Below are positions 31,306 to 43,075 of a DNA stretch of 64,000 nucleotides, one piece after another. Position 1 is the stretch's first letter. Each line of letters opens with the position of its first letter. The notes beneath the pieces are model-generated. The model had not been told where the DNA came from. It saw nothing but the letters and a program-made list of their open reading frames with translations, and ran no database searches. Source of the DNA: Diplonema japonicum (lineage: Eukaryota; Protista; Euglenozoa: Diplonemea); NCBI GenBank assembly GCA_964019335.1, contig OZ025677.1, positions 62,001 to 126,000 on the forward strand, read 5' to 3'. Both the position numbers and the translations under genes were made by a program.

Positions 31306-34300
31306 CTAGCACAGTCCCTCGGGCAGTTCTCCCAGCTTGATGGTAATCCTGAATGCGTTCCCTTTACTCTCTTGGATTAAGTTGCAGACAGTGTTGGCGG
31401 CTCTCTTTTTTATTATTATTATTATTATTATTATTCTTTTTAAAACAACTACCTTTGACAATGCTGTGTTGTCATATGACCCAGCCGCCTGCAAGGCGTT
31501 CACAGCTTCAACATCCCCTTTAAGTACCTGCAGGTACTTCTGGTTGAACTCCAGTACTTCGTCATTGTTATTGGAATTAGTGGGTGCAGAGTCTTCCCAC
31601 GTCTCTTCCATCATTCTACGCATTTTGTTACACATCACTTCAAGCACATTATAGACCACATTGGTACTTGCCTCTTCCCACACATCCACAATGCGGAGGC
31701 ATGTGTTCACCTGTGACACTGCCGCAACCTTCCCCTCTGTCCCGTCTGCCATCAATGCGAACGTTCTTGCAGTGTTTGCGTATGAAGCCAGCATCTCTGC
31801 CATCTCCAACGGTACCCCGTACATGTTGTGGAACCGAGACTTCACGCTCCCGACATTTCCGTGCAGCACCTTCCCCGTGGCAAGCCCGATGGTCACGACA
31901 GACGAGTACCGCTGTTCCAACTGCGACGCGAACCGCACCGCTGACATCACGTGGAGCTTGTTCGGCTTCGCTGTGTTCCACGCGATCGTGATGTGCCTCC
32001 CCAACACGTTCACCACTATCCCGTCCGTCTGCAGAGCTGCCTCTCCCACCACACCGATCGCCAGGTTCGAGCTATCAAACAGTTCATGCACCCTCGTCTC
32101 AGACATCCTGCACACTGCCACGGTCACCACAGAGTTCGTCAGCCCAACCAACATCTTCTTCTCCTTCTCCTTCACATCTACTGAAGCTTTGCTGTATACC
32201 GAGCTGACGTCGGACTTCTTGCGGGCAGTGGAATTAGATGTGGTGGCCTGCTCTTCTGGTTTAAACCGTTCTGCAAGAGGTCTGGGTGCGATAACGTTCA
32301 ATTTGTGACCTGTGCCCAGCCCCTTCAGTTCATGGACACCGTGGCCTTGAAAGGAGGGGTTACCTAGAGTGTTCATGTTCAGCTTACTGAAGACAGACTC
32401 TGTGACACACACAGCACCAGCGAGAGACTTGGCCTCCAGCCTTGATGCCGTGTTAACAGTGGTCCCACGGTAGTCAGACCTCCCTGTCAAGGGATTGTCT
32501 TCAAGAATCACATCTCCATAGTGGCATCCCATCCTCACGCGCAGCCCGTTCCACAGGTACCCTGATCCGTCGTTCCGCATCCGCTGTGGGAGCTCGAGCT
32601 CGGGAGACCATTGGTGTTGAGTGAGGCGGGTCTGCACTTCAAGGCAGAACTGCACGCCCTTCGTGGCATCAGGGAAGGCGATCATGAAGGCATCGCCAAT
32701 GGTCTTCACCTCATACCCTCCTACCTCCTTGCACACCTCGCGCATCGTCTCGTTGTGGAGCTCCAGTGCGTTGTTCATCCCGTAAGGGGATCTGTCCCAC
32801 AGGGCCGTGCTCCCTTGGATGTCTGTGAACACAATTGCGACGTTACCCTTCGGAGGGTCCACCACGGTTCCCCCGTCCAGGACAGCTTCGGGAACGTATG
32901 CTTTGAACTCCTTCAGGTTCTGGGCCATTGTGAAGAACGACCGCTGCATCGTGAAGACCTCATGGAAGATGGACGTTGGGGCCAGCTTGTTGGTCAGGAA
33001 CTCCATGTTCGCCACCCGTTCCATATCCTCCTGCAGCGCGAGGAAGGGCCGGAGCATCATTACCGTAGCCACGTTCGCTATGACTATAAGAAGCACGCAC
33101 ACCGCCCCCACAGCCACGATGGCTATGATCCTGTTCGCTGCGATGTCGCTCGTGATGGTGTCCCGGTCTCTCTTTAGAGCTTCCACGTTTTCCACCATTT
33201 TTGCCTCAACCGCGCCCTGCACGAAGTGCGTATCCAATGCGGTGACGATCCACCAGTCCAACCCTGCCCCAAGCGTCCCGTTCGCCCGTCGTGATATCAC
33301 GAAGAAGGTTTCTTGTACAGTCCCATTAAGCGTACTGTTCAACAGGACCCCACCAGGGCCTTCCAAATGCGACACGTTGAGGATCATTACGCCCTTCGAT
33401 GTTTCTTCATATGAAGACTCATTGTGCACGGCCAATGCGACACCTCTGATGATGGAGTCCTCCGCACTAACGTCTACATTGGGGGACTCGGCGCAGGTCT
33501 CCACAAGGATAGGGTGCGGTCTGCAAGTGGTTGTCGCGGCGGCACCGTTGGAAACGCCTGTTAAAATACCGACCTGTTTCGCAAAGGGTGTGGGCTCGTT
33601 GTGATAAGCCTCGAACAACGCAGTGCTGGGGTCCGACGCTACCACGGTGTACAGTCGAAGCTTCAGGTTCTTGTCCCCACGAACTTTGATCGCAACGTCC
33701 GACAGCATGTCAGACACCTTGGACAGCCATGTCCCCACAATGAGGCGTACATCGACACCATTAAAGGGGAACCGCACTATGTAGTAAAGAATGGCAACTG
33801 ATCCTTGGTTGTAGATAGGAGGAGTCCACCATGGCAAGTCGGCGGGCATTGCAGATGCAAGGAGGTATGTGTCTGCTGCCGACATCGTTATGTTGAAGCT
33901 GAAGTATCTGAACATCAACGCAGACGAGTTCGGGAAGGTTCTGTACAGGTCAAGCGGCTTCGAGAAATGCTGCACCCCGTTCCGCGTCACTGGGTACCTC
34001 GGTCCGTACAGATTGGACCGGAAGCATATGTACGTTCCCTTGGCGACGGCATCCGGGTCGTTCTCACCGCTGTACGCAACAATTCCAATGTTGTCACCGC
34101 TTGTGATCACGACCTGAACCTGTTCCAGACCTTTCCTCCCAAGGGCTTTAACGCGTGCGAAGTCTTCTGCACTGCGTTCGATCCAGAAGTTCCAATCGCT
34201 TGTGTTACGAGTTGCATGAACGCCTTCTAGTGTATTTTTCAACACCAGACCTTCGCTTGTATACAACGAGAAATACTCACCCACATAAGATTCAATCAGC

Positions 34301-34593
34301 GTGGAGCTGTAGTCCAACAAGCTTGCAGAAGTGTTCTTCAGGCTCTGCAGCGATACCTTCTCCCACTCCTTCTCTACAAGGTCCGCTAAGTCCAGCGAGT
34401 CATCCACTGCTTTGTTGGACCCTACAGTCACAATAACCATAGATGCTACTGCCCCGCTCAGCACGCACAGCAAGCACAGAATGCAGATTGCAAGCCTCAG
34501 AGACATTATTTTCACATCTTCCTTTTGCACGGGTTCACCTGCATAATAAGAAGCATCCTCAGAAAGGTCGAGGTCGGAGTCCAACGGGTTCAT
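31306..34593 (-). CDS. receptor-type adenylate cyclase (2 TM, extracellular domain, class III cyclase plus degenerate second cyclase domain), copy 1
   Basis: IVFTDIQGSTALW, GYEVKTIGDAFM, GLRVRMGCHYG, DYRGTTVNTASRLE. Probable 48-nt in-frame intron 31452-31405 at the same position as in the paralog. Confidence 0.95.
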   Translation of the reverse strand: MNPLDSDLDLSEDASYYAGEPVQKEDVKIMSLRLAICILCLLCVLSGAVASMVIVTVGSNKAVDDSLDLADLVEKEWEKVSLQSLKNTSASLLDYSSTLIESYVGEYFSLYTSEGLVLKNTLEGVHATRNTSDWNFWIERSAEDFARVKALGRKGLEQVQVVITSGDNIGIVAYSGENDPDAVAKGTYICFRSNLYGPRYPVTRNGVQHFSKPLDLYRTFPNSSALMFRYFSFNITMSAADTYLLASAMPADLPWWTPPIYNQGSVAILYYIVRFPFNGVDVRLIVGTWLSKVSDMLSDVAIKVRGDKNLKLRLYTVVASDPSTALFEAYHNEPTPFAKQVGILTGVSNGAAATTTCRPHPILVETCAESPNVDVSAEDSIIRGVALAVHNESSYEETSKGVMILNVSHLEGPGGVLLNSTLNGTVQETFFVISRRANGTLGAGLDWWIVTALDTHFVQGAVEAKMVENVEALKRDRDTITSDIAANRIIAIVAVGAVCVLLIVIANVATVMMLRPFLALQEDMERVANMEFLTNKLAPTSIFHEVFTMQRSFFTMAQNLKEFKAYVPEAVLDGGTVVDPPKGNVAIVFTDIQGSTALWDRSPYGMNNALELHNETMREVCKEVGGYEVKTIGDAFMIAFPDATKGVQFCLEVQTRLTQHQWSPELELPQRMRNDGSGYLWNGLRVRMGCHYGDVILEDNPLTGRSDYRGTTVNTASRLEAKSLAGAVCVTESVFSKLNMNTLGNPSFQGHGVHELKGLGTGHKLNVIAPRPLAERFKPEEQATTSNSTARKKSDVSSVYSKASVDVKEKEKKMLVGLTNSVVTVAVCRMSETRVHELFDSSNLAIGVVGEAALQTDGIVVNVLGRHITIAWNTAKPNKLHVMSAVRFASQLEQRYSSVVTIGLATGKVLHGNVGSVKSRFHNMYGVPLEMAEMLASYANTARTFALMADGTEGKVAAVSQVNTCLRIVDVWEEASTNVVYNVLEVMCNKMRRMMEETWEDSAPTNSNNNDEVLEFNQKYLQVLKGDVEAVNALQAAGSYDNTALSKVVVLKRIIIIIIIIKKRAANTVCNLIQESKGNAFRITIKLGELPEGLC

Positions 34594-34981
34594 TTTTTTT
34601 TTGTCTTTTTTACCTCCTTTTTTTCTTTTTTTTCCCCAGCCGGTTGAGCATCTATAAAAAGAAAAAGAAGAGAAAACAAGAGGAACAGGGGGGAAATGTT
34701 TTGGAGGAAAAAAAAAATGTGAGGAAAGAGAGAGAAGAGTAAAAGAGAGAAGAAAGAGAGATGGTGCGCTTGTGCTATCTCTCGGTTAAGGAGGGAAAGG
34801 CCTTTTCTTTGTAAAAAGAAAGCGAATTCAAGAAAGGGGGGGGGGGGGGGAACCTGTTTTTTTTTTCCTTTTTTTTTCCCCTTTTATTTTTTTTCTTCTT
34901 TCCCTGCGGAAAATAGACAAGTCTTTCTTTCTTCTTTTTTCTTTTTTTTTCCCCTAACTTTTTTCTTCTTCTTTTTTTTAT

Positions 34982-36121
34982 CGCTCCATATTCGCTAAGA
35001 GACCCACCAGAACCCGCATTTTGAAGAGCTAAAAAAATTTCTAATTGCTTTTTCTAGGGCTGGAATGGATTTATTTGCGTCCGGGGCCCAATGTTCGACA
35101 TATGGAATTTCTTTTTTGTAATAAAAAAATTTTTGGTGATTGCCTTACTTTGTACTATACAAAATGAAGCAGCTCCGGTGGAAAAAACACGGCACAAGTG
35201 GGGTTCGAACCCTGATGAAAAAACCACTGCGTTACAGGGAGCAGCGGACCAGGACCCCTCGACCAATGGCTCAGTAACAGAGATTGCTTTTCACAAATCA
35301 CTTTTCGAACACTCTTCTTGGTTTGAAGTGATGTCCCTTTCCCCTTTCCCTTGAATTGTTTTCTCTACTCCCCTTCGATCCTCCCGCCTGGTAGTGGAAT
35401 ATTTATTATTATTATTATTGGGTCAGAGTTTTGAATTCCTGTGTGGTAGAGTGGTTACCGTGCTCACTTGTCAGGCCCCCTTGTTCCAGGAGTCGCGGGT
35501 TCGAATCCCGGCAATGTTAAGAGCTGTCCTTCCCTCAAACTGCACTTTTCTCAACTAGACTCCCACAAGCTTACGAAAAGCTTTCGCGGAAACACCGGTT
35601 CAGGCTGCCGTTTCTCCCCTGTGGTGAGCCTAAAAAAATCCGCTAGAGAGAGGGGCTTGAACCCGCTTCGCCTAGGTACAGGGCAAAGCCCCCCAACTAG
35701 ACTACTAAGCCTTCGAATTTTTTTTTTTTTTTTTTTTTTTACCCCAGCAGCTTCCATATCGACTTCGCTTCAGGTCCGGCCTGCGTTGTTCAGCCCTGCG
35801 CCGACATGGTAGTTGTGGGATCGAACCCTGTTAACCATGTTTTTCAAAGGGAAAAGTGCCCAGTTACAAAAGTTTGGCAAAAATGGCCAAAACTCAAAAT
35901 GGCGACTTCCAAGGTCATTTTGGTTGGCCCCCAATATTTCTTTTTTGGAAAATCTTTTTTGGAACTTCCTTGGAACTCACCGTTCTTTCATGTTCGACAT
36001 ATGGATTTTTTGAGAAAAAAAGAAATTCAATGAACCTTTGGGCATTTTTGACATTTTTTCCCCTATAGCCCCCTATAACCCCTTTGGGACATAGGGCGGG
36101 TCACTTAGCGCATATGGAGCG
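34982..36121. mobile_element. non-autonomous TIR DNA element containing several tRNA-like motifs
   Basis: 24-bp TIR CGCTCCATATTCGCTAAGAGACCC / GGGTCACTTAGCGCATATGGAGCG (2 mismatches). TTAT flanks both ends. Internal direct repeat ATGTTCGACATATGGA at 35091 and 35990. Confidence 0.8.
35437..35520 (+). pseudogene. tRNA-like sequence (Asp-like GTC loop), degenerate
   Basis: A-box TGGTAGAGTGG, loop CTTGTCA, B-box GGGTTCGAATCCC. Acceptor and anticodon stems do not pair properly. Confidence 0.55.
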
Positions 36122-36572
36122 TTATACTTTTCTTGTTGTTCTCTTGTTGATTTATGTCTATTTATTGACTCTCAATATGTAGGGAAGAAACAAAAAAAAG
36201 GCGGAAGGAAACTTGAGGCGACACCTCAACGTAAAGAGCTTTGGGAGAGGAAACAAAAAGAACGGGGGGGGCTATCATAGTATTAAAAGCATAATTTACT
36301 ATGAGGGAGGGAAGTGGAGGGAGGGAGAAAGTGGAGGGAGAACGCAAAACAACCCCGCAGCAGAGGCGTGCTTATAAGAATAATTGGTTATTTGGAAGAA
36401 AGAAAGAAAAAACCCCGGTTGGTTGGTGGTGCTCCAATAGCTAAATGGTGTACTTTAGTTTTCTCAAAAAAAAGAGGTGTTCATCATAATAACCACAGAA
36501 AACACCTGCCGCCCGGTACTTTAAAAAGAAAAAGGAAAAAGAAAGAAAGAAAAAAAAAAAGAACCTCCCCAC

Positions 36573-39500
36573 CTAGAAAGGAGTTTTCAGTCTATTATAA
36601 GCTGCTTCACTGGCTGAAGTTGTGTTTTGACCCTCGTTTTGCCCAGGAGTAACCTTTACCTGGCAGCCCCCTTCAGGACGGAGCAGCCCTTGTGGCAGAG
36701 CATGTAGAGTAATCAACGTTCTAGCCTTGGTTGCTGGCTTGGCTTCCATGGTAAGGAGTGCTTCGATGCTTTTCTGAAGGAGTGTGAAAAAAATAGGAAA
36801 AGCGGGTTGCATACCTTTACTATTGGGCTATCGTCTAGGGAAGAAACCTGCAGGACAGGCTTGGCCTCGGAGGACCCACGGAGCACTTGCAGGTACTTCT
36901 GGTTGAACTCCAGAATCTCATCGCTGTCGTTGGTTGCTGACTCGTCTTCCCAAGTAGTTTCCAGCTTTCGGCGTAGCTTTCTGCACATCACTTCATACAC
37001 TCGGTAGACCACATTGGTACTTGCCTCTTCCCACACATCCACAATGCGGAGGCATGTGTTCACCTGTGACACTGCCGCAACCTTCCCCTCTGTCCCGTCT
37101 GCCATCAATGCGAATACTTTCGCATTGTTGGAATACGAAGCCAGCATCTCTGCCATCTCCAACGGTACCCCGTACATGTTGTGGAACCGAGACTTCACGC
37201 TCCCGACATTTCCGTGCAGCACCTTCCCCGTGGCAAGCCCGATGGTCACGACAGACGAGTACCGCTGTTCCAACTGCGACGCGAACCGCACCGCTGACAT
37301 CACGTGGAGCTTGTTCGGCTTCGCTGTGTTCCACGCGATCGTGATGTGCCTCCCCAACACGTTCACCACTATCCCGTCCGTCTGCAGAGCTGCCTCTCCC
37401 ACCACACCGATCACTAGGTTGGCATTTGTGAACAGATCCTCAGCCTTTGTTTCAGATATTCTGCACACCGCAATTGTGATCGTAGAGGTCGTGAGGCCAG
37501 TCATCGCTTTCTTTTCAGGTTTTGTGTCAGACGCCTTACTGAACATGCTGATCTGAGACTTCATACGATCCCTTCCTACCCTGTTGCTTGCTGTGGGGCT
37601 GCTCTTCCCCTTACTTCCCCTGCTGCTTCCAGTTGGGCTGTACCTTCCTCCTCTGCAGCTTGTTGCTGGGCTGCTGTTCTGCTTATACTTTAGCTCTTTT
37701 GGGCTGTTGGTAGGGCTTCCATCGTTGGACAGCCGCTCGCACAACTGCTTCGGCACAATGACGAATAGTTTATGCCCTGTGCCCAGTCCCTTCAGTTCAT
37801 GGACACCGTGGCCTTGAAAGGAGGGGTTACCTAAAGCGCCTCTGTTGAGCTTCAGGAAGACAGACTCTGTGACACACACAGCACCAGCGAGAGACTTGGC
37901 CTCCAGCCTTGATGCCGTGTTAACAGTGGTCCCACGGTAGTCAGACCTCCCTGTCAAGGGATTGTCTTCAAGAATCACATCTCCATAGTGGCATCCCATC
38001 CTCACGCGCAGCCCGTTCCACAGGTACCCTGACCCATCTCTTAGTGGCCATTGCGGAAGCTCTTGATCTAGTTCCATCGACCATTGGTGTTGAGTGAGGC
38101 GGATCTGCACTTCAAGGCAGAACTGCACGCCCTTCGTGGCATCAGGGAAGGCGATCATGAAGGCATCGCCAATGGTCTTCACTTCATACCCTCCTACCTC
38201 CTTGCACACCTCGCGCATCGTCTCGTTGTGGAGCTCCAGTGCGTTGTTCATCCCGTAAGGGGATCTGTCCCACAGGGCCGTGCTCCCTTGGATGTCTGTA
38301 AACACAATTGCGACGTTACCCTTCGGAGGGTCCACCATGGTTCCCCCGCCCAGGACAGCTTCGGGAACGTATGCTTTGAACTCCTTCAGGTTCTGGGCCA
38401 TTGTGAAGAACGACCGCTGCATCGTGAAGACCTCATGGAAGATGGACGTTGGGACCAGCTTGTTGGTCAGGAACTCCATGTTCGCCACCCGTTCCATGTC
38501 CTCCTGCAGCGCGAGGAAGGGCCGGAGCATCATCATTATTGTTAGGTTCGCTAATATGATCAACAGCACGCAAACCACCACAACAACCATGATGGCCATT
38601 GTCCTGTTCATCGCGATGTCGCTCGTAACAGTGTCTCGTTCCTTGCTGAGCGAGTCTTGCAGCTCTACCATCTTTGCTTCCACTGCTCCTTGTACATAAA
38701 ACGTGTCCAATGCGGTGACGATCCACCAGTCCATCCCTGCCCCAAGCGTCCCGTTCGCCCGTCGAGCTGTCACGAAGAAGGTTTCGCGTATAGTCTCATT
38801 GAGCGTACCGTTCAACAGGACCCCACCAGGGCCTTCTAAATGCGACACGTTGAGGATCATTGCAGCTTTCGACAGGTCGAGGTACGAGGTAACATTGTGC
38901 ACGGCCTCGGCAACACCTCCAATAATGGTGTCTTCGGCATCCACGTCATAGACAGGCTTGCTCTGGCATCTAGTTGAAGGATTGGAAGGATCACCACTGC
39001 AGACTGTTCTTACAACCTCTCCAGTTGAGACACCGGTCAGGAGGTTGATTTGCGCTTTGAGAGTGTCAGGGGAGGGTCTGTTGAAGGCGCGTTGATACAT
39101 CACGTCGCTGGGATTGGATGCGCCTACGGTGTACATTCGGAGCTTCATGCTGGTGTCGCCACGCACCTTGGTGGCTATTTCGGCAAGCATCGCAGAAATC
39201 TTCGTCAGCCAAGTCCCCACAGTCACGATGAGCTCCACACCGTTGAAAGGGAACCGCACCACGTAATACAGAACGGCGGACTCGTCGTAGGTGGGAGGCG
39301 TCCACCAAGGAACACCCTCATCCTGCGCTTTAGCAAGGAGGTAGTTGTCGTAAAGTTCAAACGGCAAGTTATAAATATAATACCTGTACGCGTAAACAGA
39401 TGAGTTGGGCAGCGTGTTGTAAAGATTTAACGGCCTGGAGTAAGCAGTCTCGTTGGAAGGTGTGGGGATGGGGTTGCCGTTGCCATCGACGACAAGGTCC

Positions 39501-40099
39501 TTGTCGCCGTACATGTCCAGTTCGAACCCAAGGTACACACCGTTTGCTAAGAAACTAGCAGAGGACTTCCCGCTGTACCCTATGATACCCATGTTGTCGC
39601 CGTTCCTGACCAGGATCTGGATGTACTGGAAGCCTTTTGGGATGAGGGACAACAGGCGTGCGAAAAGCTCGCTTCGACGTTGCAGCCAAAAGTTCCAGTC
39701 GGAACCATTGGCTGAAGCATGTATTGACTCCAACGTAGTTTTCAAGACCTGGCCTTCGTCTGTGTAGAACGACACATATTCCCTTACATAGGACTCGACC
39801 AAGGTGGAGCTGTAATCCATCAACGACAACGACGTGTTCCTCAGGCTTTGCAGCGAGACGCTCTCCCACCCCCTCTGAACCGTGTCGCCTAGATCTAACG
39901 AGTCATCCACTGCCTTGTTCGACCCGACAGATACAATCACCATAGACGCGATTGAGCCCAGCAGCACGCACATCAAGCACAGAATGCAGATGGCAAGCCG
40001 CAGGGACATTGGTTTGACAACAACAGTCGATTCTCTCACGTCAGTTATTCGCGTGGCCCTAGAGTCCACTTTGCATAGGGCATCTTCGGCATTATCCAT
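36573..40099 (-). CDS. receptor-type adenylate cyclase, copy 2 (exons 40099-36815, 36773-36573; ~1161 aa)
   Basis: Same motifs as copy 1. The 41-nt intron GTATGC...CTTCAG (36814-36774) restores a C-terminus RTLITLHALPQGL homologous to copy 1 RITIKLGELPEGL. Confidence 0.95.
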
Positions 40100-40306
40100 G
40101 TGATGTGCAGCTGTGATGTGTCATTTAGAAAATAGAAAAGCAACGAATAAAAAAAGGGGGGGGGTGGATATTATTTTTCCATCTTTGTAAAAAGAAAAGG
40201 CCCCTCTGTGTCCCCTCGACCCACGTTCCACCCTTTCAATAAAGGGTTTCGCTTGCGTAAGATATGCTAGAAAAACAATTTTTTTCTTTTTCTTTTCCCG
40301 TTCTTT

Positions 40307-43075
40307 CTACGTATGCATCTCTTGTACCGCTTCTTCTGCCCTGGCAAGGTGTGTTCGCAAGTCCCTTGCAGGTCTGTTGTTTGTAACAATCTTCTTGTGA
40401 GTGATAGGTTGCTTTTCTATCTTGCTATGGCTGAGCGATGTCATCAAAGCGTGGAGCTCGTGTTTCGATACAGCTGATGTCTCTTGCGGGTGCCTCTCGA
40501 CAGCAGGCAGAGGGGGCAGCGAGTCGTTCCCCATTTCCATGAGCCCCGACTGCTCATGGTTGGCAATGATCCGTTCCAGGAGCGAGTCTCGTTGCTTGAA
40601 CTGCCTCTTCCTCCCGCTCCTGCTCACAATGCATCTTTCCGATCTCTCCGGTTTTGCAAAAGTGGTTTTAGGCACATCCTTCTCTTTGCGGTTCTGCTCG
40701 CCGCTCTTCTTCATATTAGTGACGACGCCGGTTAAATGGTGCGAGGACTCACCCTGTATGATTTTAGGAAGCTGTTTTTCCTTTGCGACAACGGGGCTGT
40801 GGTTGCTGCGTACTGGCGGTCTTTCTCTCGGGGCGTTTTTAACACCGCTTAGGGCTGGACTTGCTGCAAACTGGTGTGAGGAGGTTACTTCGTAGTTGTG
40901 CATGTCCTTCTGAACAGTGTTGCGCTGCTCAGAACGTCCGCACAAAGGACACTGCATGAATCGCATCCACCCACGAGAGTGCTCGTTGGGTGCACTTTGC
41001 GGTGATGCACATTGCTTAGGCAGTTGGGTGCTTTCGTTCATGAGGTCAGGTGGCAGTGCAGACTGGGCAGGCATCTGTTCGCAGTATTCAGGACGGGGAA
41101 ACTGCGACACAGGTGACCCAACTCGTTCCCTCTTCTGTGGTACGATACCGCTTGTCCTGAAGGGGTCATCGTCTGACATCAACGGGAGTTGCATTTGCAC
41201 GATGAGCCTGGTGAGGTTCTCCCTGTACTTCTGTCTGCAAGCCTCCCGTTTCTCATTCCACAAGGCGGTCAGCTTCTTCTGCCATTCGAGCATCCTCGTC
41301 ACGACTGTGTAGCATTTCTTCTCGATTGTCTCAACCTCCTTCACCTCCTCTTCGATTTCTTCCTTGATTTCTTCTACTTTTTCCTGTTCGGTGATCTCTT
41401 TCTGCGGGTGCGGAACGTTCTTCTGCACCTGCATGGTTTTCACCACTTTCTGTTTTTCCTCTGATATCTTTTTGATTTCTTCCTTCATGGACGCGATTGT
41501 GGATTGGTGTGCCTGGTTGCTGGCAAGCTCCGTGCAGAACATCTTCCCGACGTCTTCAAGCACCTCGGCCAGTTCTGTCACAGCGCCCGCAACGTCCATT
41601 GCCATGGTGGGTGATAGGTGCATGAATGCATATCCGTTAGTGGGAAAAAAGTCTCGGTTGATGACGCTCTGCATTCCAGGAATGAGGGAGCTGATTTCCT
41701 TGATGTATGTTAAGACTTCAAGTGACAGGTCTTTATTCGGGCTCTTTTGCAGCTGTTCGTCGACCATCTTGCTTACAGCTTCCTTTGCTGCGGTGGTCTC
41801 CTTCTGCGACTGAACGAGGTCTTTCCTTGCAACGTCCAGCTCCGTCTCCAGCAGTGACAACGCTGTCTTTGTGGTCGTCAGGTCCTCAGATAGTTCCTCA
41901 ACTTTGTCTCTCAGTTCATTCAGTTCTTCCGGTTCTTTCGGTTCGTTCAGTTCTTCCGGTTCTTCGGGTTCTTCTGCTGGTGGAGGTATTTTGTTTGCCT
42001 CGTTCTGTTCACGCGCTTGATTCAGCTGTGCCATGAGTTCTCTTTTCTCGTCCGTGGCTTTCCCGAGGTCAGCGGTCATCTGTCCTAGGCGTTTTTCAAA
42101 CTTCTCGATAGTTTTTTCATTCTTCGCCGTGGTCTGTCTCAGGTTCTGCAGCTCGGCCCTTGCGCCGTTTATGGCAAGCATGTGCGCGGCCTTCATGGAT
42201 GACTCTTTCTTTGCGTTTCGGCTTTTTAACTTGTCCATCTCAATGTTCTGCTCCTCGATGGTTTGGGCGAGTTCCTTCGTGCGCTTTTCCTCCTCATAGA
42301 GATGTGTTTCGAGCTGTTTCAGCTTATCGTCGAATACATTGCTGCTGCCTTGCTGCAGCTGGGCTATGATGACATCTTTTTCTTTTTCGGTCTTCTCCGC
42401 ACGGCAGAGGAGGTTGTGCAGCTTACGAATCTCTATCTGGTTCTCGGCTTGCTTTTTCGATTGTTCCGCAAGTTTCCTACGGAGGCTAACAGCTTCATCC
42501 CGACCGTTTTCAGACGGCCGGGATTCTGGGGTCTCAGATTGCAGAGACACGATGTTCCGTTCTATAATATAAATGTGCTTTTGAAGCTTGGAAACTTCCG
42601 CTTCGTGTGTTTCCTGCTCATCATGCAGTTGTTGCTCTAAAGATGTCACTTTACTGCGCAGGGCGTCGACCTTTGATTCTAACTTTGTTTCGCTTGATTT
42701 AGCGTGGGTTAGCATCATGAGGACAGCCTTACCTTTCGACATGCTGAATTTCTTCTGCACCACCTCGGAAAGCTTCGGGGTCCGTGAGGATCTTGGACGT
42801 GACGGTGGGCGGGATTGATTCTCACCATCAAAGGTCAACGAAACTACGGACGCCTTCTTGAACCTCTGGCACTCCGTCCTGGGGGAGACCTCAGGGTTTG
42901 GTGCTACAAGAGGCGAGAGCAAATTGACAGAGTCGTCCTTTTTAACTTGTTCTTTCCTTTTTCTCTCTTTCATCTCTTCTGCGAACGCTGCTCCGAAGAG
43001 CGAGCTGCAAGCGCTGCTCGCGTCAGACTCGGCATCGTCATCATTGCCGAGGGGGTCGGCCTCTTCAAGGAGCAT
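40307..43075 (-). CDS. large coiled-coil protein of unknown function (922 aa)
   Basis: Long uninterrupted GC-balanced ORF with E/K/Q-rich heptad regions; pyrimidine tract plus ACAG just upstream of the ATG. Confidence 0.88.
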   Translation of the reverse strand: MLLEEADPLGNDDDAESDASSACSSLFGAAFAEEMKERKRKEQVKKDDSVNLLSPLVAPNPEVSPRTECQRFKKASVVSLTFDGENQSRPPSRPRSSRTPKLSEVVQKKFSMSKGKAVLMMLTHAKSSETKLESKVDALRSKVTSLEQQLHDEQETHEAEVSKLQKHIYIIERNIVSLQSETPESRPSENGRDEAVSLRRKLAEQSKKQAENQIEIRKLHNLLCRAEKTEKEKDVIIAQLQQGSSNVFDDKLKQLETHLYEEEKRTKELAQTIEEQNIEMDKLKSRNAKKESSMKAAHMLAINGARAELQNLRQTTAKNEKTIEKFEKRLGQMTADLGKATDEKRELMAQLNQAREQNEANKIPPPAEEPEEPEELNEPKEPEELNELRDKVEELSEDLTTTKTALSLLETELDVARKDLVQSQKETTAAKEAVSKMVDEQLQKSPNKDLSLEVLTYIKEISSLIPGMQSVINRDFFPTNGYAFMHLSPTMAMDVAGAVTELAEVLEDVGKMFCTELASNQAHQSTIASMKEEIKKISEEKQKVVKTMQVQKNVPHPQKEITEQEKVEEIKEEIEEEVKEVETIEKKCYTVVTRMLEWQKKLTALWNEKREACRQKYRENLTRLIVQMQLPLMSDDDPFRTSGIVPQKRERVGSPVSQFPRPEYCEQMPAQSALPPDLMNESTQLPKQCASPQSAPNEHSRGWMRFMQCPLCGRSEQRNTVQKDMHNYEVTSSHQFAASPALSGVKNAPRERPPVRSNHSPVVAKEKQLPKIIQGESSHHLTGVVTNMKKSGEQNRKEKDVPKTTFAKPERSERCIVSRSGRKRQFKQRDSLLERIIANHEQSGLMEMGNDSLPPLPAVERHPQETSAVSKHELHALMTSLSHSKIEKQPITHKKIVTNNRPARDLRTHLARAEEAVQEMHT

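Noticed and set aside
35170-35830. Functional tRNA gene cluster
   Set aside because: A/B boxes are present but the acceptor and anticodon stems do not pair, and the units lie inside a TIR element.
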